The position numbers and the translations under genes were made by a program. From positions 186,001-250,000 of IMG/VR virus record IMGVR_UViG_3300046692_000091: a DNA stretch of 64,000 nucleotides; one strand, written 5' to 3'. The first letter of the stretch is position 1; each line of letters begins with the position of its first letter. The notes beneath the pieces were generated by a model. That model worked only from the letters and a program-made list of their open reading frames with translations, was not told the DNA's origin and searched no databases. Positions 44,560-54,191 of this stretch are shown piece after piece.

Positions 44560-45429
44560 ATGGCAAAGCGCTATTCAAACCCGTACGCTCCGCGCTCGGG
44601 CTACGGTGCCAACGCTTCTGAGAACATGATGAACTTGGCTCAGGCCGGTACGTTCGTCTTGGCTCCGGACTTGGCTAACCTGGCTGCGAACACACCGTAC
44701 GTGTCTCGTAACCTAATCGCTATTCTGTTAGAAGCACCACGCTTCTTCCGGTATGCGGCTAACCAAAACCAACTGATCGCTTCCCTGAAAGCACTGATCG
44801 AGAAACACTGTCGTACCATCGATGGTCTGAACCGTACAGTTACTGCTGAATTTGCTGACGCTCCTGTTGGCGGTGCTGGTGAAGTTATCTCTGCGGTATC
44901 GAACGTTACTCGTGCTACCTCTCGTCCTTCGTTGGGCGCTTGGGAACTACAAGGTCGTACTATCCAGCACTTCCTGGAATGGTGGATTCTGTATGGCTTG
45001 GGTGATCCGAACACCAAAGTTCCATTGATCGTTTCTGATGGCATGGTCCGTCCTGAACACTACAACCAAACCTTCGCGGGTTGCACTGTACTGTTCATCG
45101 AACCAGATCCTACTATGCAAGACGTTGTGTCTGCTTACCTGTGCACTAACATGCAGCCAACCACTACTGGTGATTGGTCGAACCGTAAAGACGTTTCGCA
45201 GATTGGCCAGAACCTGGAACTGACTATCGAATTCACCGCACTGACCGATACCTCTGCAGGCGTTAAGATGTATGCCCGCGAGATTCTTCAGTCGATGGAT
45301 CTCAGTGGTCTGAACCCTAACGACATGCAGATGTGGACTGAGAAGATCAGTGCCGATGTTGTCAACCAGCGTAACGGTATCACCGATCAGCTTGCTGAAG
45401 GTGCTAACAACCGTCTCGGCATTGCCTAA
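44560..45429 (+). CDS. tail tube protein (phiKZ gp30-like)
   Basis: [41 protein letters not shown]; directly after the sheath gene. Confidence 0.88.
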   Translation: MAKRYSNPYAPRSGYGANASENMMNLAQAGTFVLAPDLANLAANTPYVSRNLIAILLEAPRFFRYAANQNQLIASLKALIEKHCRTIDGLNRTVTAEFADAPVGGAGEVISAVSNVTRATSRPSLGAWELQGRTIQHFLEWWILYGLGDPNTKVPLIVSDGMVRPEHYNQTFAGCTVLFIEPDPTMQDVVSAYLCTNMQPTTTGDWSNRKDVSQIGQNLELTIEFTALTDTSAGVKMYAREILQSMDLSGLNPNDMQMWTEKISADVVNQRNGITDQLAEGANNRLGIA

Positions 45430-45439
45430 GGAATAAGCG

Positions 45440-45616
45440 ATGGCTACTACGTCACCAGTGCCTAGTACCCCAACGGGTCAAAGGGCACAAGCTGAAAAGA
45501 AACCCTTCTCAGAGTTTCTGGGAGTGGATGTAGCAAATGCTGGTTTCGGCTTTAATGATGACCTAGCAGCCGTTGCTGCCCAGCGCCGTCAAGTTAAGAG
45601 TCAACCACCGAAGTAA
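45440..45616 (+). CDS. 58-aa microprotein after tail tube (not in ORF track)
   Basis: SD AAGGAA; MATTSPVPSTPTGQRAQAEKKPFSEFLGVDVANAGFGFNDDLAAVAAQRRQVKSQPPK; upstream of the operon terminator. Confidence 0.65.
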   Translation: MATTSPVPSTPTGQRAQAEKKPFSEFLGVDVANAGFGFNDDLAAVAAQRRQVKSQPPK

Positions 45617-45657
45617 ATGCTGTAACCACCAATCCCAAGGTGTGAGCCTAGTATTCA

Positions 45658-45686
45658 GCTGTTCCTTCGGGAACGGCTTTATGCTG
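45658..45686 (+). terminator. hairpin terminator-like element
   Basis: GCTGTTCC-TTCG-GGAACGGC-TTTATGCTG; G-U pair on + strand. Confidence 0.8.
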
Positions 45687-45707
45687 CATTTTAAAATTAT
45701 TAAAAGC

Positions 45708-45716
45708 CTATATTAC
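45708..45716 (+). promoter_or_regulatory. phiKZ-type early promoter-like motif
   Basis: CTATATTAC with upstream TTTTAAA. Confidence 0.65.
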
Positions 45717-45747
45717 TTCTGTGCAATCCACCTTAGGAATATAGCTA

Positions 45748-46170
45748 ATGTCTTTTACTCGCAATGAACTAATCGAACAGTACCACAAAAGCCAATTCGA
45801 ATCAAACATCCCGGCACAGTTATTCATACTCTCGGCTGGTTCTGCTTTGGTTATGTATCGCATCCGTGATGTTACGGATGATCTGGATGTTGATACCGAT
45901 GAGGAGAATTACCAGAAGTTGGTAGCTGCGGGTTATCCTGTCATTGATGATGGGTTCCCTCGTGTGCATTTGAATGATTGCACGGATGTGCATCTAATAC
46001 CAACTCCATGGGTAGAAACAATGCCTGTCGATGGCGTGTGGTGTTACACGCTGGAAGATCTGCTTGTGCAATACGTCAAACTGGCTGGGCATCCGGACCG
46101 TAATCCTGGAAAGATAATGCGGGATCTGGAAACTGTAGATAAACTGAAAAAGCTGATCGCAATGCGCTAA
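45748..46170 (+). CDS. putative minimal nucleotidyltransferase (Pol beta superfamily)
   Basis: LSAGSALVMYRIRDVTDDLDV matches the GGxA...R.T.D.D signature. Confidence 0.6.
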   Translation: MSFTRNELIEQYHKSQFESNIPAQLFILSAGSALVMYRIRDVTDDLDVDTDEENYQKLVAAGYPVIDDGFPRVHLNDCTDVHLIPTPWVETMPVDGVWCYTLEDLLVQYVKLAGHPDRNPGKIMRDLETVDKLKKLIAMR

Positions 46171-46229
46171 AGCTAAAAAGACTGGGTTGCCTAATTAGGT
46201 GACCCAATCAATCCACTAAAAGGTTCGTT

Positions 46230-47405
46230 ATGCAAATCAACCAAAGTGTCATGGAAATCCCAGGTGTTATCTCGCGTGATGAGTTGTTCAATCTCCGCAT
46301 GAATTTGCTGCAGTTGTATAAGTCTCGTATTTATGCAATGCAAGAAGTGCCTACGTCGGTATACGGTCTGCAATGTCATTTCCGTGATGATAATGAATTC
46401 CCATTGCACCTGATGTACAACAACGAACTGGTGTTCAGTTTCCATCCTGCCAGTAAGATCATCGACTTCGATCCAGAGCAGATCAATTCGATCATTGGTT
46501 CAGAAGCTCGTTGTGGTAATACAATCGGTTGGACATTGGCTGTATTGTTCGAACAGATCTATCGTGAACAAGCTGGTTTCGATCAACATGCTTATGCCAC
46601 CATGACGACTCATGAAACGCGCCGTAATGCGAGAACATTCTTCGGCCTGTTGGAAAGCGTAGCGCGACTGAGCGCACAAAACCTAGAGGGTGGTCGAGGC
46701 GAAAGACTGGTGCGGCGTGATAATGGTTACGCTATTATCGATGCTGCAGGTATGTTGGTTTTCCACATCACCAAAAGAACTTTCAGTTTTGGTATGGGTT
46801 ATCTCAGTGATACCGATATCGATACTAACATCAACCACATGGTCATGCAGTATCGTCCTTGGGTAATTGATGTTCGTCGTAAGTACTGTGGTGTGTTGGA
46901 TCAATTGGCTGATCTGCTCCGCACTACCTGGCGCGCCAAAGAAGAAATCAATCAGGTGACATCTCGGGCTTTGTGTGGTGCCGATATGCGAGGCATTGAA
47001 CTTAAGCGTGAGTATGCCCATCAGCTCCAAACCGGTAGTGTAATTTGCATTTATGATCATGCCATTACTTTGCAGTATAGCCGTGGGGGTATGCAGATCG
47101 GTACGGCGACATACTACCCGAAGAAGCGTTACCCAATTGTTGATACTACTGTTCTGGATTATCTCCGTGGCATTACCATGACCACGAACCCATTGAAAGA
47201 TGATTTCCAGGCAGCACTGGTCAGCTATTCCAAAATGATTACTGATCAAGTCGTTGGCCAAGTAGAACAAGCCACTCTAACTAAACTGGGCTTGACAATA
47301 GAAACAGGTCGACCTTATTATCAAGCCTTCATGAATGCTCGTGCATCGGGCTATCGTGAAAACTTCGAAGCATTCGCACTTCTCATTAAAAACGTACAGG
47401 GATAA
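46230..47405 (+). CDS. hypothetical protein
   Basis: 391-aa ORF. Confidence 0.8.
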   Translation: MQINQSVMEIPGVISRDELFNLRMNLLQLYKSRIYAMQEVPTSVYGLQCHFRDDNEFPLHLMYNNELVFSFHPASKIIDFDPEQINSIIGSEARCGNTIGWTLAVLFEQIYREQAGFDQHAYATMTTHETRRNARTFFGLLESVARLSAQNLEGGRGERLVRRDNGYAIIDAAGMLVFHITKRTFSFGMGYLSDTDIDTNINHMVMQYRPWVIDVRRKYCGVLDQLADLLRTTWRAKEEINQVTSRALCGADMRGIELKREYAHQLQTGSVICIYDHAITLQYSRGGMQIGTATYYPKKRYPIVDTTVLDYLRGITMTTNPLKDDFQAALVSYSKMITDQVVGQVEQATLTKLGLTIETGRPYYQAFMNARASGYRENFEAFALLIKNVQG

Positions 47406-47410
47406 GACAA

Positions 47411-47752
47411 ATGAAATTCGCTAGCATTGCACTGATCGTAGCTATGGCATTCTCCGCAGCAGCGCAAGCAGAAGTTGTTCAGCAACCAGATATCAATCCT
47501 GATACTTTGGCTGAACTCTTCATGACTTCCACACTGGTTCAGTGTGATGCTAACGCGTGTTGGGATGCCGTAACCAATGTCGACCATGAGATCATCATGG
47601 ATGGCGCAGGCTACGCCGTTGTTTATAGTGATCCAGCTCTGGCCAGGTTGAAACTAACTGTCGACGAGTTTGATCGTTATAAGCCGTATGTACTGAGCCT
47701 CATGATTGGCGTTGCTGCCGAACTTGGTGCACCGGTACAGAAAGACATCTAA
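47411..47752 (+). CDS. secreted or periplasmic hypothetical protein
   Basis: Signal peptide MKFASIALIVAMAFSAAAQA. Confidence 0.75.
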   Translation: MKFASIALIVAMAFSAAAQAEVVQQPDINPDTLAELFMTSTLVQCDANACWDAVTNVDHEIIMDGAGYAVVYSDPALARLKLTVDEFDRYKPYVLSLMIGVAAELGAPVQKDI

Positions 47753-47778
47753 CAAAAAACCCCACCAGGAGTAACACC

Positions 47779-48186
47779 ATGATTGTTGCCGAAAATGTGA
47801 AGATCGTTCTCAACGGTCAAAGCGTGGCCCGTGTAGCACAAATGGCTGAAGAGCTCGGATTCTCCGTGACCTCGGAAGACACCATGCTGGAGTTCATTGC
47901 TGATGCAGTGAACAAAACCAAGGGACTGGTAAACCAACCGAAAACGATAGAGTTATCTGATATCGTAGAGCACGTTATCTACGAGATCACTTACTACTGG
48001 TTCCGTATGAGCAGTCCAAAGAAAGAACGGACCGCCATGATGGATCAGTTATATGCAGACGCCAAGTTTGAATTTCGTTTCCGTCCGAAAGGATCGGCTC
48101 TTTCGTTAGTAGGTGATGACATCACTTTCCCGATTGGGATGTTCAAAGCGATCATGGCTTCTGACGAAGTCCTGGAAAGCAAGTAA
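47779..48186 (+). CDS. hypothetical protein
   Basis: SD AGGAG; 135 aa. Confidence 0.8.
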   Translation: MIVAENVKIVLNGQSVARVAQMAEELGFSVTSEDTMLEFIADAVNKTKGLVNQPKTIELSDIVEHVIYEITYYWFRMSSPKKERTAMMDQLYADAKFEFRFRPKGSALSLVGDDITFPIGMFKAIMASDEVLESK

Positions 48187-48237
48187 CGGCATAAGCCCTC
48201 TCCCGAAGGAGAGGGCACTATGTTGTATTTTTTTTTA
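48187..48237. terminator. bidirectional terminator
   Basis: CGGCATAA-GCCCTCTCC-CGAA-GGAGAGGGC-ACTATGTTG plus T-tract. Confidence 0.85.
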
Positions 48238-49482
48238 TCGAGCGTAGTGGTTCTTAGTCAGCGTTCGAAGAGTAATGTAAAGCATCACACCCGTACGAGT
48301 TGCAGCCAATACAGCTTTGTTACGAATACCAGTAGCATCAGCAACAATCTTCTCCCCTACTTCACGCAGATACAATACCCGTGGATCAGAACTACGTGAT
48401 GCCATTAACTTAGAACGGACTTTCAGAATCAATCCTTCTAAATCATTCGATCGTTGGATTTGTGTACGCTCAGCTTGCATTTGGTCAAACACATACAGCA
48501 GGCATTCTTCAACCATCTTATCGATGTGACCATGCCTTGGTTGTGTGACATTACGACAGATGTACCGTAATGTATCTTCGAATGGCTGAGGTGGCATTGA
48601 GTCAACCATAGCTCGTTCGATAACACCTAGCAGTTCTGGTCGGATAAAGTTAGCTTCGTTAATAACGATTTCCTTACCGTAACGCAGATAAGTTGCAAAG
48701 CCTGTAGTCTTGTCTCTTAGGAACTCATCACCATCAGTAGACATCCCCATCTCAGAAGTAGTGATAACACGACCACCTTCTTTGAGTACCTGGATGTAAA
48801 CCGAATAGATCTTGTTGATCACTTCACGAATACGCGATTGTGTATCTGTCACAATTCGAGATGACCAGTAATCCGTTAACGAGTTCTTCGCCCCGAAAAT
48901 ATGATCACTGTAGTTTGTATCAGAACCGATGATGGATAAGCATCGATCTCGGATCAAGGCATGCCATGAACCTAGGCGACGAATGTCCCACTTGTAGTTG
49001 AGGGACATGAACGTAGCTTCAGCAACTTCCCGCTTAGCGGGATATTGGAAACGACGACTCAGCAACGAGGTAAGGTATTTGATGTGCAAGAGAGTAAACA
49101 ATGCAATCATTGTTTCATCACGTAAGTTACCTGGGAGTTGTGTGTTCTCCATTAACTTACGGCAAAGGAAAGCGGGGATGTGGTTAAACGAATCCGAGTT
49201 CACGTTGTGTGAAGGATCGATAACGTCTAACTTGAGGAAGTCATATTGCAGCAGATCATCGTTAACATGCAGAACTTCATCGTACCACTGCTCACGATCA
49301 GCTGGATGCCAGCGGATAGGGTTAACCCCCAGTAGTGCGCCACCAAAGAAAGCAGAGTGGTCAGCATTCTTATTCATGAAGCGAGTAACGAAGTTGATCA
49401 CACGCATACAAAACGTACGATCTAGTTTAACGTCAGCGAAATGCTTTTCCAGCAATTCGACGATAGTGGTTGTTTCGTGCAT
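48235..49482 (-). CDS. conserved virion protein (phiKZ gp32-like)
   Basis: KNADHSAFFGGALLGV, SLNYKWDIRRLGSW, TRTGVMLYITLR; SD AGGAG. Confidence 0.75.
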   Translation of the reverse strand: MHETTTIVELLEKHFADVKLDRTFCMRVINFVTRFMNKNADHSAFFGGALLGVNPIRWHPADREQWYDEVLHVNDDLLQYDFLKLDVIDPSHNVNSDSFNHIPAFLCRKLMENTQLPGNLRDETMIALFTLLHIKYLTSLLSRRFQYPAKREVAEATFMSLNYKWDIRRLGSWHALIRDRCLSIIGSDTNYSDHIFGAKNSLTDYWSSRIVTDTQSRIREVINKIYSVYIQVLKEGGRVITTSEMGMSTDGDEFLRDKTTGFATYLRYGKEIVINEANFIRPELLGVIERAMVDSMPPQPFEDTLRYICRNVTQPRHGHIDKMVEECLLYVFDQMQAERTQIQRSNDLEGLILKVRSKLMASRSSDPRVLYLREVGEKIVADATGIRNKAVLAATRTGVMLYITLRTLTKNHYAR

Positions 49483-49530
49483 TGGGAGGTCTCCTAAATT
49501 CAAATGATTGGACTGCAATCAATCTCAGAT

Positions 49531-49539
49531 CTATATTAC
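49531..49539 (+). promoter_or_regulatory. phiKZ-type early promoter-like motif
   Basis: TCTCAGAT-CTATATTAC. Confidence 0.65.
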
Positions 49540-49567
49540 TATTGGGATATTCATTGAGGGATTTGTT

Positions 49568-49816
49568 ATGAAACCGATTACGGTTGCTGTTGTTGGTGAT
49601 GACCCACATGCTTTGCGTGTGCTTGCTAAACTCCATGAACTCGATCCCACCAAGATCATTGTCGTAGGTCATGCGCCACAGATCTACGAACGTCCATTTC
49701 AATCTGACCCATTCGAATTCATGTCCCATCATGAAGTTCAGCCTTTGATCTATCCGAAGAAGGAAGTCTTGGCAGTCAGTGAGAAAATGTTGGCTCTACT
49801 AAAACGAGCTGCTTGA
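49568..49816 (+). CDS. hypothetical protein
   Basis: SD GAGGGA; ATG 49568. Confidence 0.7.
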   Translation: MKPITVAVVGDDPHALRVLAKLHELDPTKIIVVGHAPQIYERPFQSDPFEFMSHHEVQPLIYPKKEVLAVSEKMLALLKRAA

Positions 49817-49872
49817 AAATACCTGGCATCATCTAGTATGAATGTCTTATTCACAACAACGAGGAATACCCG

Positions 49873-50769
49873 ATGTGCAATAACTTGGAAGCGCTGCAAA
49901 AGCTGATCGATGAATCTTTGGTTTTGGATGGTGTAACTGACCTGACCCTTACCGGTTGGGCGGATGATGAACGTTATGACAGTCGTGGTACCGTAATCAA
50001 TCGTATCACTACGCCATTTGGTATTGCGGTTGGTGGTGTTTCGATCAGCCCAGGTGGTGGTAGTCGTGGGGGCATGGGTTTTGGTTTCCGTGATACCCAC
50101 GAGCAAGACAAGCCAATTACTATTGATCAAGTTCGTGGTGTACTGGTTACGGCTTTGGCTACTTCGCAAACTGATCAGGGCCGCGTTCTGGCTACTTGCC
50201 TGGCATCGATTGCAGAGAAGCTTACCGCTAATTGCTTCCATCCGGTTTCGTATGATCTGGTTGTTGAAGCAGCCAGTGATCCAACCGTAGCTTTGACCAT
50301 GACAAATGGCATGCAAACCATTCAAATCGACACCAAACCAGTTGAAGCTTTTGCACAAACTGTCAAACTCGATCTGGACGTTCCATACATCCTGGGTCAA
50401 GGTTTCGTGAATGTCTTGGCGGGTGAAGCTGATCGCGGTCATTCCCCTACTGGTCTGTCGACTCTGGTAGACGGTAAATGGGTACGTCATACCGGTATCT
50501 CCAGTTACTCTTTGGGTGAAGAGGAGAAACCAAATGTCGATTCTCTAGAGGTCGAAGAAATTATGGCCTTGGTTTCTGCAGAACGTCGTGAACTTACTAC
50601 CAAGATACTTATTGCCATCATCAAGCAATTGAATACCCTGGGTGGTTTCACTAACATCTATCAGGTCAACATGTCCCAAGGCGAATATCGTGGCGGTAAG
50701 CCTACGGTTGTTGTTCGTTTGGTGAATACACATTTGCGCAAAAACTACAGCTTGGAATTCCGGGCGTAA
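49873..50769 (+). CDS. hypothetical protein
   Basis: SD GAGGA; 298 aa. Confidence 0.8.
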   Translation: MCNNLEALQKLIDESLVLDGVTDLTLTGWADDERYDSRGTVINRITTPFGIAVGGVSISPGGGSRGGMGFGFRDTHEQDKPITIDQVRGVLVTALATSQTDQGRVLATCLASIAEKLTANCFHPVSYDLVVEAASDPTVALTMTNGMQTIQIDTKPVEAFAQTVKLDLDVPYILGQGFVNVLAGEADRGHSPTGLSTLVDGKWVRHTGISSYSLGEEEKPNVDSLEVEEIMALVSAERRELTTKILIAIIKQLNTLGGFTNIYQVNMSQGEYRGGKPTVVVRLVNTHLRKNYSLEFRA

Positions 50770-50776
50770 TAAATTG

Positions 50777-50808
50777 GGGACCTTCGGGTCCCCAGCTATG
50801 CCGTTTTT
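50777..50808 (+). terminator. hairpin terminator
   Basis: GGGACC-TTCG-GGTCCC-AGCTATGCCG-TTTTT. Confidence 0.8.
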
Positions 50809-50848
50809 CTTTTATCCTCTGTAGTCCAACTATTACGGAGCTAACACA

Positions 50849-51616
50849 ATGTACAGACGTTGTGAAAAGCCTGCACCCATTACGACCATTGATCTTAGTG
50901 TGTACGGCGACCCATGTGACATTTATCAAAATATGCTGAACCGTATCGATGCGTTGCGTCGGTTACAAAGTCAGTGGCCTCGATGCGATATTACTCGTTT
51001 CGATGTGCAGTTCCAACTTTCTGATGCCATGACCTATTACTTCACTATTTTGGATAAAGCCAACGGTGAACGGTACGAATGGTCTGTCCGGAAAGAGTAT
51101 CCGAAAGAAAGCCCTGAGCATGCATTTGAGCGAGACTATAACGAATCAGCCCTACGGTATAACTCTGGTGTACGACGTGCTCTGGATGATCACCTAGAAG
51201 CCCTGCAAGAACAATCTCCGAGTGCCTTCTACCGAATGGATGAAACCAATTCAGGTTATCGTGTATTTCGTCCGATTATGGGTGGCTTGGGTGTAGTTCC
51301 TTTTGAACTTACCTTTGGTAGTATTTCAGGTCTAATGCCTATCGATGGAGTTATCCATCCAGAAATTTGGGATTACATCGGGAACACTCCTGGTGAAGCT
51401 GGCCGTGCTATTGCTCGAATGGTTACACGGATGATTAAGCTTGGTGTCGTGTTCGATAAAGCCTCCAGAGTAGTCGTTAAGGATTATCGCAGTATTGTGT
51501 TGGAAGGTTATGCTTACCGCAATGCTGAAACTTACACTGTCGTCAAGCTGACTCTACAAGAGCTCGCTGTCCAAGATGGCGAACTTATTAAGTACCACGA
51601 ATATTTCACGGAGTGA
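50849..51616 (+). CDS. hypothetical protein
   Basis: SD GGAG; 255 aa; CTATTAC upstream. Confidence 0.8.
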   Translation: MYRRCEKPAPITTIDLSVYGDPCDIYQNMLNRIDALRRLQSQWPRCDITRFDVQFQLSDAMTYYFTILDKANGERYEWSVRKEYPKESPEHAFERDYNESALRYNSGVRRALDDHLEALQEQSPSAFYRMDETNSGYRVFRPIMGGLGVVPFELTFGSISGLMPIDGVIHPEIWDYIGNTPGEAGRAIARMVTRMIKLGVVFDKASRVVVKDYRSIVLEGYAYRNAETYTVVKLTLQELAVQDGELIKYHEYFTE

Positions 51617-52041
51617 TTATGATCACTATCGATACAACCTTTGTAGAAATTGCAACATCTCTAGATTGTCCGGTCAATGTAGCTAAAGAAGTTATTCGTC
51701 GTTTGTTCTTAACTTCGATTAGTGTGCCTCTACCAGATGCCTTTCGTGTTAATGTAGCGACAGAAGCTGAATACTCTGGCCAAGTTAACCTGTCATCTGT
51801 TCGTCTGACAGTCCAGAAGCGTGGCTGGACAGGTTCTAAGGTAATAAACAAGGCAACGTTGCTTACTCACATTAGCGAGTCTGCAAAGCACCTTGTAGAC
51901 CTTCAGGTATGGCATGCCTTTAATGGACCTAAAGCACCAGTAGCCACCGGGGTAGATCCAGAACCAGTATGGGTACCACATTATCCACCTCAGGGTATCT
52001 ACGCTGTCTACCCACCTTCGATTGCACCAGAAGCACCCTAA
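51613..52041 (+). CDS. hypothetical protein with Pro-rich tail
   Basis: Overlaps the upstream stop; start at 51613 (GTG) or 51619 (ATG). Confidence 0.75.
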   Translation: MIMITIDTTFVEIATSLDCPVNVAKEVIRRLFLTSISVPLPDAFRVNVATEAEYSGQVNLSSVRLTVQKRGWTGSKVINKATLLTHISESAKHLVDLQVWHAFNGPKAPVATGVDPEPVWVPHYPPQGIYAVYPPSIAPEAP

Positions 52042-52048
52042 CATATTA

Positions 52049-52077
52049 GCCTTCCCGATGGGGAAGGCTTTATGCCG
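52049..52077 (+). terminator. hairpin terminator-like element
   Basis: GCCTTCCC-GATG-GGGAAGGC-TTTATGCCG. Confidence 0.8.
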
Positions 52078-52098
52078 TCACTGCAAAATATTTCAAAT

Positions 52099-52107
52099 CT
52101 ATATTAC
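52099..52107 (+). promoter_or_regulatory. phiKZ-type early promoter-like motif
   Basis: TTTCAAAT-CTATATTAC. Confidence 0.65.
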
Positions 52108-52140
52108 TACTGTGCACTTACTCACCTAAAGGAATTTCTC

Positions 52141-52899
52141 ATGGACAAGTATACTCGCGTCAACTTCGATGACTTGATTGTTCGCGGTGTTACTCATGAA
52201 CAGATCAATCGCGTTGGCTACGATTTCCTCGATTACGAGCATCCTACCATTCTGGATAACAAAGTTGTCATGGAATGGTACTACAGCGAAACGCAGCCGG
52301 GCTTGATGTCCACCAAACGGATCGGTATCATGGCCAGCCGTAAGATCTTGCATTGGTTGGTCTGTGGTCCTGATGATTATCCTGAGTCTGCCTGGGTTCA
52401 TGACCAACTGGCCAAGTGGATCATCTCCGAGGCGCATGCTAAAGAGTCGTGTCTGAAAGGACTCAATAAAGTTACCGAGTTGATGTATCGTAAGCTCGGT
52501 GCCGATATCCGTGGCAAAGAAGCAGTGGCCTTGATTGATGGTCCATTAGGTGTTGTGATCTATCGTGCACCCAAGTGGCGTGAATCGAATGATGATTGTG
52601 GTGAGGACCTCGCTCTTAATAAACTGGAACCACTGCTGTCTGAATATGTCCCAGCAAAAGTACTACCGCATGTAGTTAGCCAAATCAATGCGTACGTCAG
52701 TACCTGGAATGAAATCTACGGTGGCCCAGTTGAACTGTCATCTTTCACCAAATCGGTATTGGCTGGTTCTCACCTCTATGTGGTAGTGGGTAATGCGGGT
52801 GGTGCAGTTGATTTCAAATTCAGTTGGTGTGAAGGGATTGACCGCGATACCCTCAAGCCCTCTGCCCACATCCAATCCATTCTCAAGGACTTCAAATGA
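52141..52899 (+). CDS. hypothetical protein
   Basis: SD AAGGA; ATG 52141 lies downstream of the promoter motif. Confidence 0.8.
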   Translation: MDKYTRVNFDDLIVRGVTHEQINRVGYDFLDYEHPTILDNKVVMEWYYSETQPGLMSTKRIGIMASRKILHWLVCGPDDYPESAWVHDQLAKWIISEAHAKESCLKGLNKVTELMYRKLGADIRGKEAVALIDGPLGVVIYRAPKWRESNDDCGEDLALNKLEPLLSEYVPAKVLPHVVSQINAYVSTWNEIYGGPVELSSFTKSVLAGSHLYVVVGNAGGAVDFKFSWCEGIDRDTLKPSAHIQSILKDFK

Positions 52900-53345
52900 G
52901 TAACTCACAGTTCAAACGTGAAGAAGCGAAGTACCATAACGAGCAGTATGCTTTCAAGCGCTATCGGGAACAACACAATCTTCCTGAGTGGCAGGATGTT
53001 TCACACCACCAGAAAATGCATGACCTGTTCCCAACCGAGGGTGTAGAAGGTTGCCCTAATCTTGATGAGATCGATGAAGTCAAGCTTTCCACGCCTACTG
53101 AGTCGAAGATCAGTGAGCAGCAGGCGGTAGGACGAGCTGATCGTAAGCCTGGCGACGTTGTAGTGCTCGGGGCTGGTCAGACTGGCTTTGGTAAAGCTGC
53201 GCGCCGCATACTGGTCGAGACGGCTTTGGGTAATGTAGCTAAGCAAATCGCTTTCGCTACTCCTGAGATGCTCGGTGAAATGGGGCGTGAGCAAGCACGC
53301 GAACACATGCGTAAAGAGAATGGTCGTTATGGCAAAGGTTTCTAA
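52896..53345 (+). CDS. hypothetical protein
   Basis: ATGA-coupled 149-aa ORF. Confidence 0.75.
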   Translation: MSNSQFKREEAKYHNEQYAFKRYREQHNLPEWQDVSHHQKMHDLFPTEGVEGCPNLDEIDEVKLSTPTESKISEQQAVGRADRKPGDVVVLGAGQTGFGKAARRILVETALGNVAKQIAFATPEMLGEMGREQAREHMRKENGRYGKGF

Positions 53346-53508
53346 GGGGTTATTCCGGCACCTCCGATTCCTTTATCCAACCGCTAACGAAAAACGCTGG
53401 CGTAGCTATTTCACTATTCAGCGCGGTAAGCACAGGAACACAGTAATCTCATCGGGTTATTACGATGGGTGTACCCGTATCATCTCTGACGATCTATTTG
53501 GGATATAA
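53329..53508 (+). CDS. small basic protein (KxSKG motif, copy 1)
   Basis: MAKVSKGLFRHLR; overlaps the upstream gene end. Confidence 0.6.
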   Translation: MAKVSKGLFRHLRFLYPTANEKRWRSYFTIQRGKHRNTVISSGYYDGCTRIISDDLFGI

Positions 53509-53509
53509 C

Positions 53510-53761
53510 TTGGCAAAGATCTCTAAAGGTAAGTTCCGCTGGTTGCGGGATGAGTATGCACATTGGGCTTACATGACCCGTCTACAAAAACCTGTCCGTT
53601 TTAAAGTAACACTGGAGAATAAAGAAATGTTGTCATCTATCCTGGATGAAGATGTTATTGTAGGTGAAGCGATTGAAGTTCGTCAGGTACCAATGACGGA
53701 TGAGATGATCGCAGCGTTGGATTGCCCTAGCCGTGCAGAAGAGCGCACCGATGCCCAATAA
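53510..53761 (+). CDS. small protein (KxSKG motif, copy 2)
   Basis: TTG start 1 nt after the upstream stop: (M)AKISKGKFRWLR. Confidence 0.6.
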   Translation: MAKISKGKFRWLRDEYAHWAYMTRLQKPVRFKVTLENKEMLSSILDEDVIVGEAIEVRQVPMTDEMIAALDCPSRAEERTDAQ

Positions 53762-54023
53762 GATCTCGAAAGGTAAACGTCGTTATCTGCTTTCCTTAGT
53801 TGCTCACGCTGCCGAGGTGCAACGTGTAGATGAATCTGTGGCTCGTTACATCGTGGCGGTGACCCATGGCAAGGTTCCCCTATGGGAAGCACGTAAACGA
53901 GTAGCAGATCAAAAACAAGGTCGTCGTGTAGTGCGGGAAATGTCTACGGGTAATCCTGGGTTGAACCGGCTACTCGATGGTGGATTGCGTCGAGGTGTGT
54001 TCCATGTAATGTCGGGACGCTAA
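53751..54023 (+). CDS. small basic protein (KxSKG motif, copy 3)
   Basis: MPNKISKGKRRYLL; C-terminal STGNPGLNRLLDGGLRRG resembles the RecA/KaiC/RadA N-terminal STGxxxLDxxLGGG segment. Confidence 0.65.
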   Translation: MPNKISKGKRRYLLSLVAHAAEVQRVDESVARYIVAVTHGKVPLWEARKRVADQKQGRRVVREMSTGNPGLNRLLDGGLRRGVFHVMSGR

Positions 54024-54191
54024 ATGAAATCTGATACTCGTACAATCGATCTAGTCGCTAAGGTCCATGAGATCGCAGCTTGTCCTGTAAGAACAGCTCA
54101 AGTACGCGCAGCCATTTCTGGTGCAGCTCGTGATTTGATGTTGGACGAAATCGCGCGGCGCCGCATCAGTAATGGGATTAAAAAGAAGTAG
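54024..54191 (+). CDS. 55-aa hypothetical protein (not in ORF track)
   Basis: ATG immediately after the upstream TAA; MKSDTRTIDLVAKVHEIAAC... Confidence 0.55.
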   Translation: MKSDTRTIDLVAKVHEIAACPVRTAQVRAAISGAARDLMLDEIARRRISNGIKKK

